Shown: piece after piece, positions 63,002 through 64,000 of the stretch
Layout: each line of letters starts with the position of its first letter
Position numbering within the stretch: the stretch's first letter is position 1
Assembly (NCBI GenBank): GCA_030390025.1
Contig: CM059433.1
Span: forward strand, 22,446,001-22,510,000
DNA length: 64,000 bases
Source: Squalus acanthias
Lineage: Eukaryota
Reading direction: 5' to 3'
Notes under the pieces: model-generated
Databases searched by the model: none
The model's input: only the letters and a program-made list of their open reading frames with translations
What the model was told of the DNA's origin: nothing
Position numbers and translations under genes: made by a program

Positions 63002-64000
63002 TTTGTTTCCAACATTTGTTGGGAGGTGGTGAGAAACTAAAGCTGGAGTTAATGTGCACTCAGTGCAAACATAAACCCGTACGAGACTCATGCCACACAC
63101 CTTTAGTACCCTCAATTATCTCTTATGGTATATCACTACTTTTTCATTGACGTGCATCCAAAATCACTTTCCATGGGAGCAAAAGCGCTTGTAGAACTGC
63201 GGCCTAATTTAAGATTAAAAAGTGCTTCCCTCCCCCTCCCGCCTTGGTATTGTCCAGCTTTAATAAGACACACATTCACATCAACATTTCCAATTCAGGA
63301 TCTTGGGTTACACATCCACAGCTCACCTTTATCTACATTACACCGCATAAATTGAAACGTGAAACATAAAAAAAGTTTTGCCTGAAGAGGTTCACTGTCT
63401 AGAGATTGGACTAATTTTTTTTTTAAAGTTAACCTAGAAATAAATTTATTCTAACTCACCCCCGGTACACAGAGATACCCCCTCACCCCCAGGGTTTGGA
63501 GCAGCCCGAGCTGGGCCCAGTAGGTGCAGCATAACATTGTGTTAATTAAGGTGCTACGGGTGTTGAAGTTAAGGTTTTCAGAACATTATCCTGTAAACGG
63601 CTTGGCGACAGTTTCCATAAGCAGACTGCATCTCTTATGAACTGAGAGATAGTGTATTTTACTCTCTGCTCCAGCATGGGCCTAACAAAGGATGTGCTCT
63701 AAGTCTTCTGCTCCCAATGGAGCAAGCAAGTCCCTTTGAGAAGGTAATCTATCCCTCCCTTGGGATTGATCACCTTTTACTAATAAAGGTTTTGGGTCTG
63801 CTCTGGTGGGATTCAAGTCAGCTCTCAGCCAATATGAGTTTCCTTAATGTGGGTGAAATGGGTGGATCTTCCTGGGGTAACCTGGGAACTCCCCTAGACA
63901 TGCCCCTTAATGTGAGAAATGTAGGCAAAAGATCCACCCATACACCTTTACCAGAATCTATAGGGCCACTGTAAACTGGTCAGATTCATTGCAAAACCAG

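Noticed and set aside
63400..64000. Possible LINE C-terminal CCHC remnant (AEDLEHILC) on the minus strand
   Set aside because: A single weak motif, too degenerate to assign

Overview
Vertebrate DNA, most likely from a cartilaginous fish (inferred from Deu-domain SacSINE-like, HE1-like and AmnSINE2-like SINEs plus shark-type CR1/L2/Penelope remnants), and dominated by repeats. The window holds at least 6 decayed PIF/Harbinger elements (HARBI1-like DDE transposase plus a convergent Myb/SANT-like gene) and more than 10 Harbinger-type MITEs. Other elements are several CR1 LINEs (one with an intact 508-aa RT ORF), an L2, an RTE 3' end, a solo LTR, a hAT MITE with an 8-bp TSD, an old hAT transposase broken up by five nested insertions, and a 2-kb 28-bp minisatellite. 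One candidate host first coding exon lies at 7296-7405. The most notable observations: (1) an apparently full-length single-ORF APE-RT LINE whose 5' end is a tRNA(Thr-AGU)-like Pol III head; (2) two Penelope-type minimal hammerhead ribozymes, each hit by a different Harbinger element at the cleavage triplet; (3) a ~760-bp MITE family with covarying hairpins, CpG-island promoter motifs and clustered GTAAGT splice donors. Family names come from motif recognition by eye, not database searches, and boundaries of old elements are approximate.
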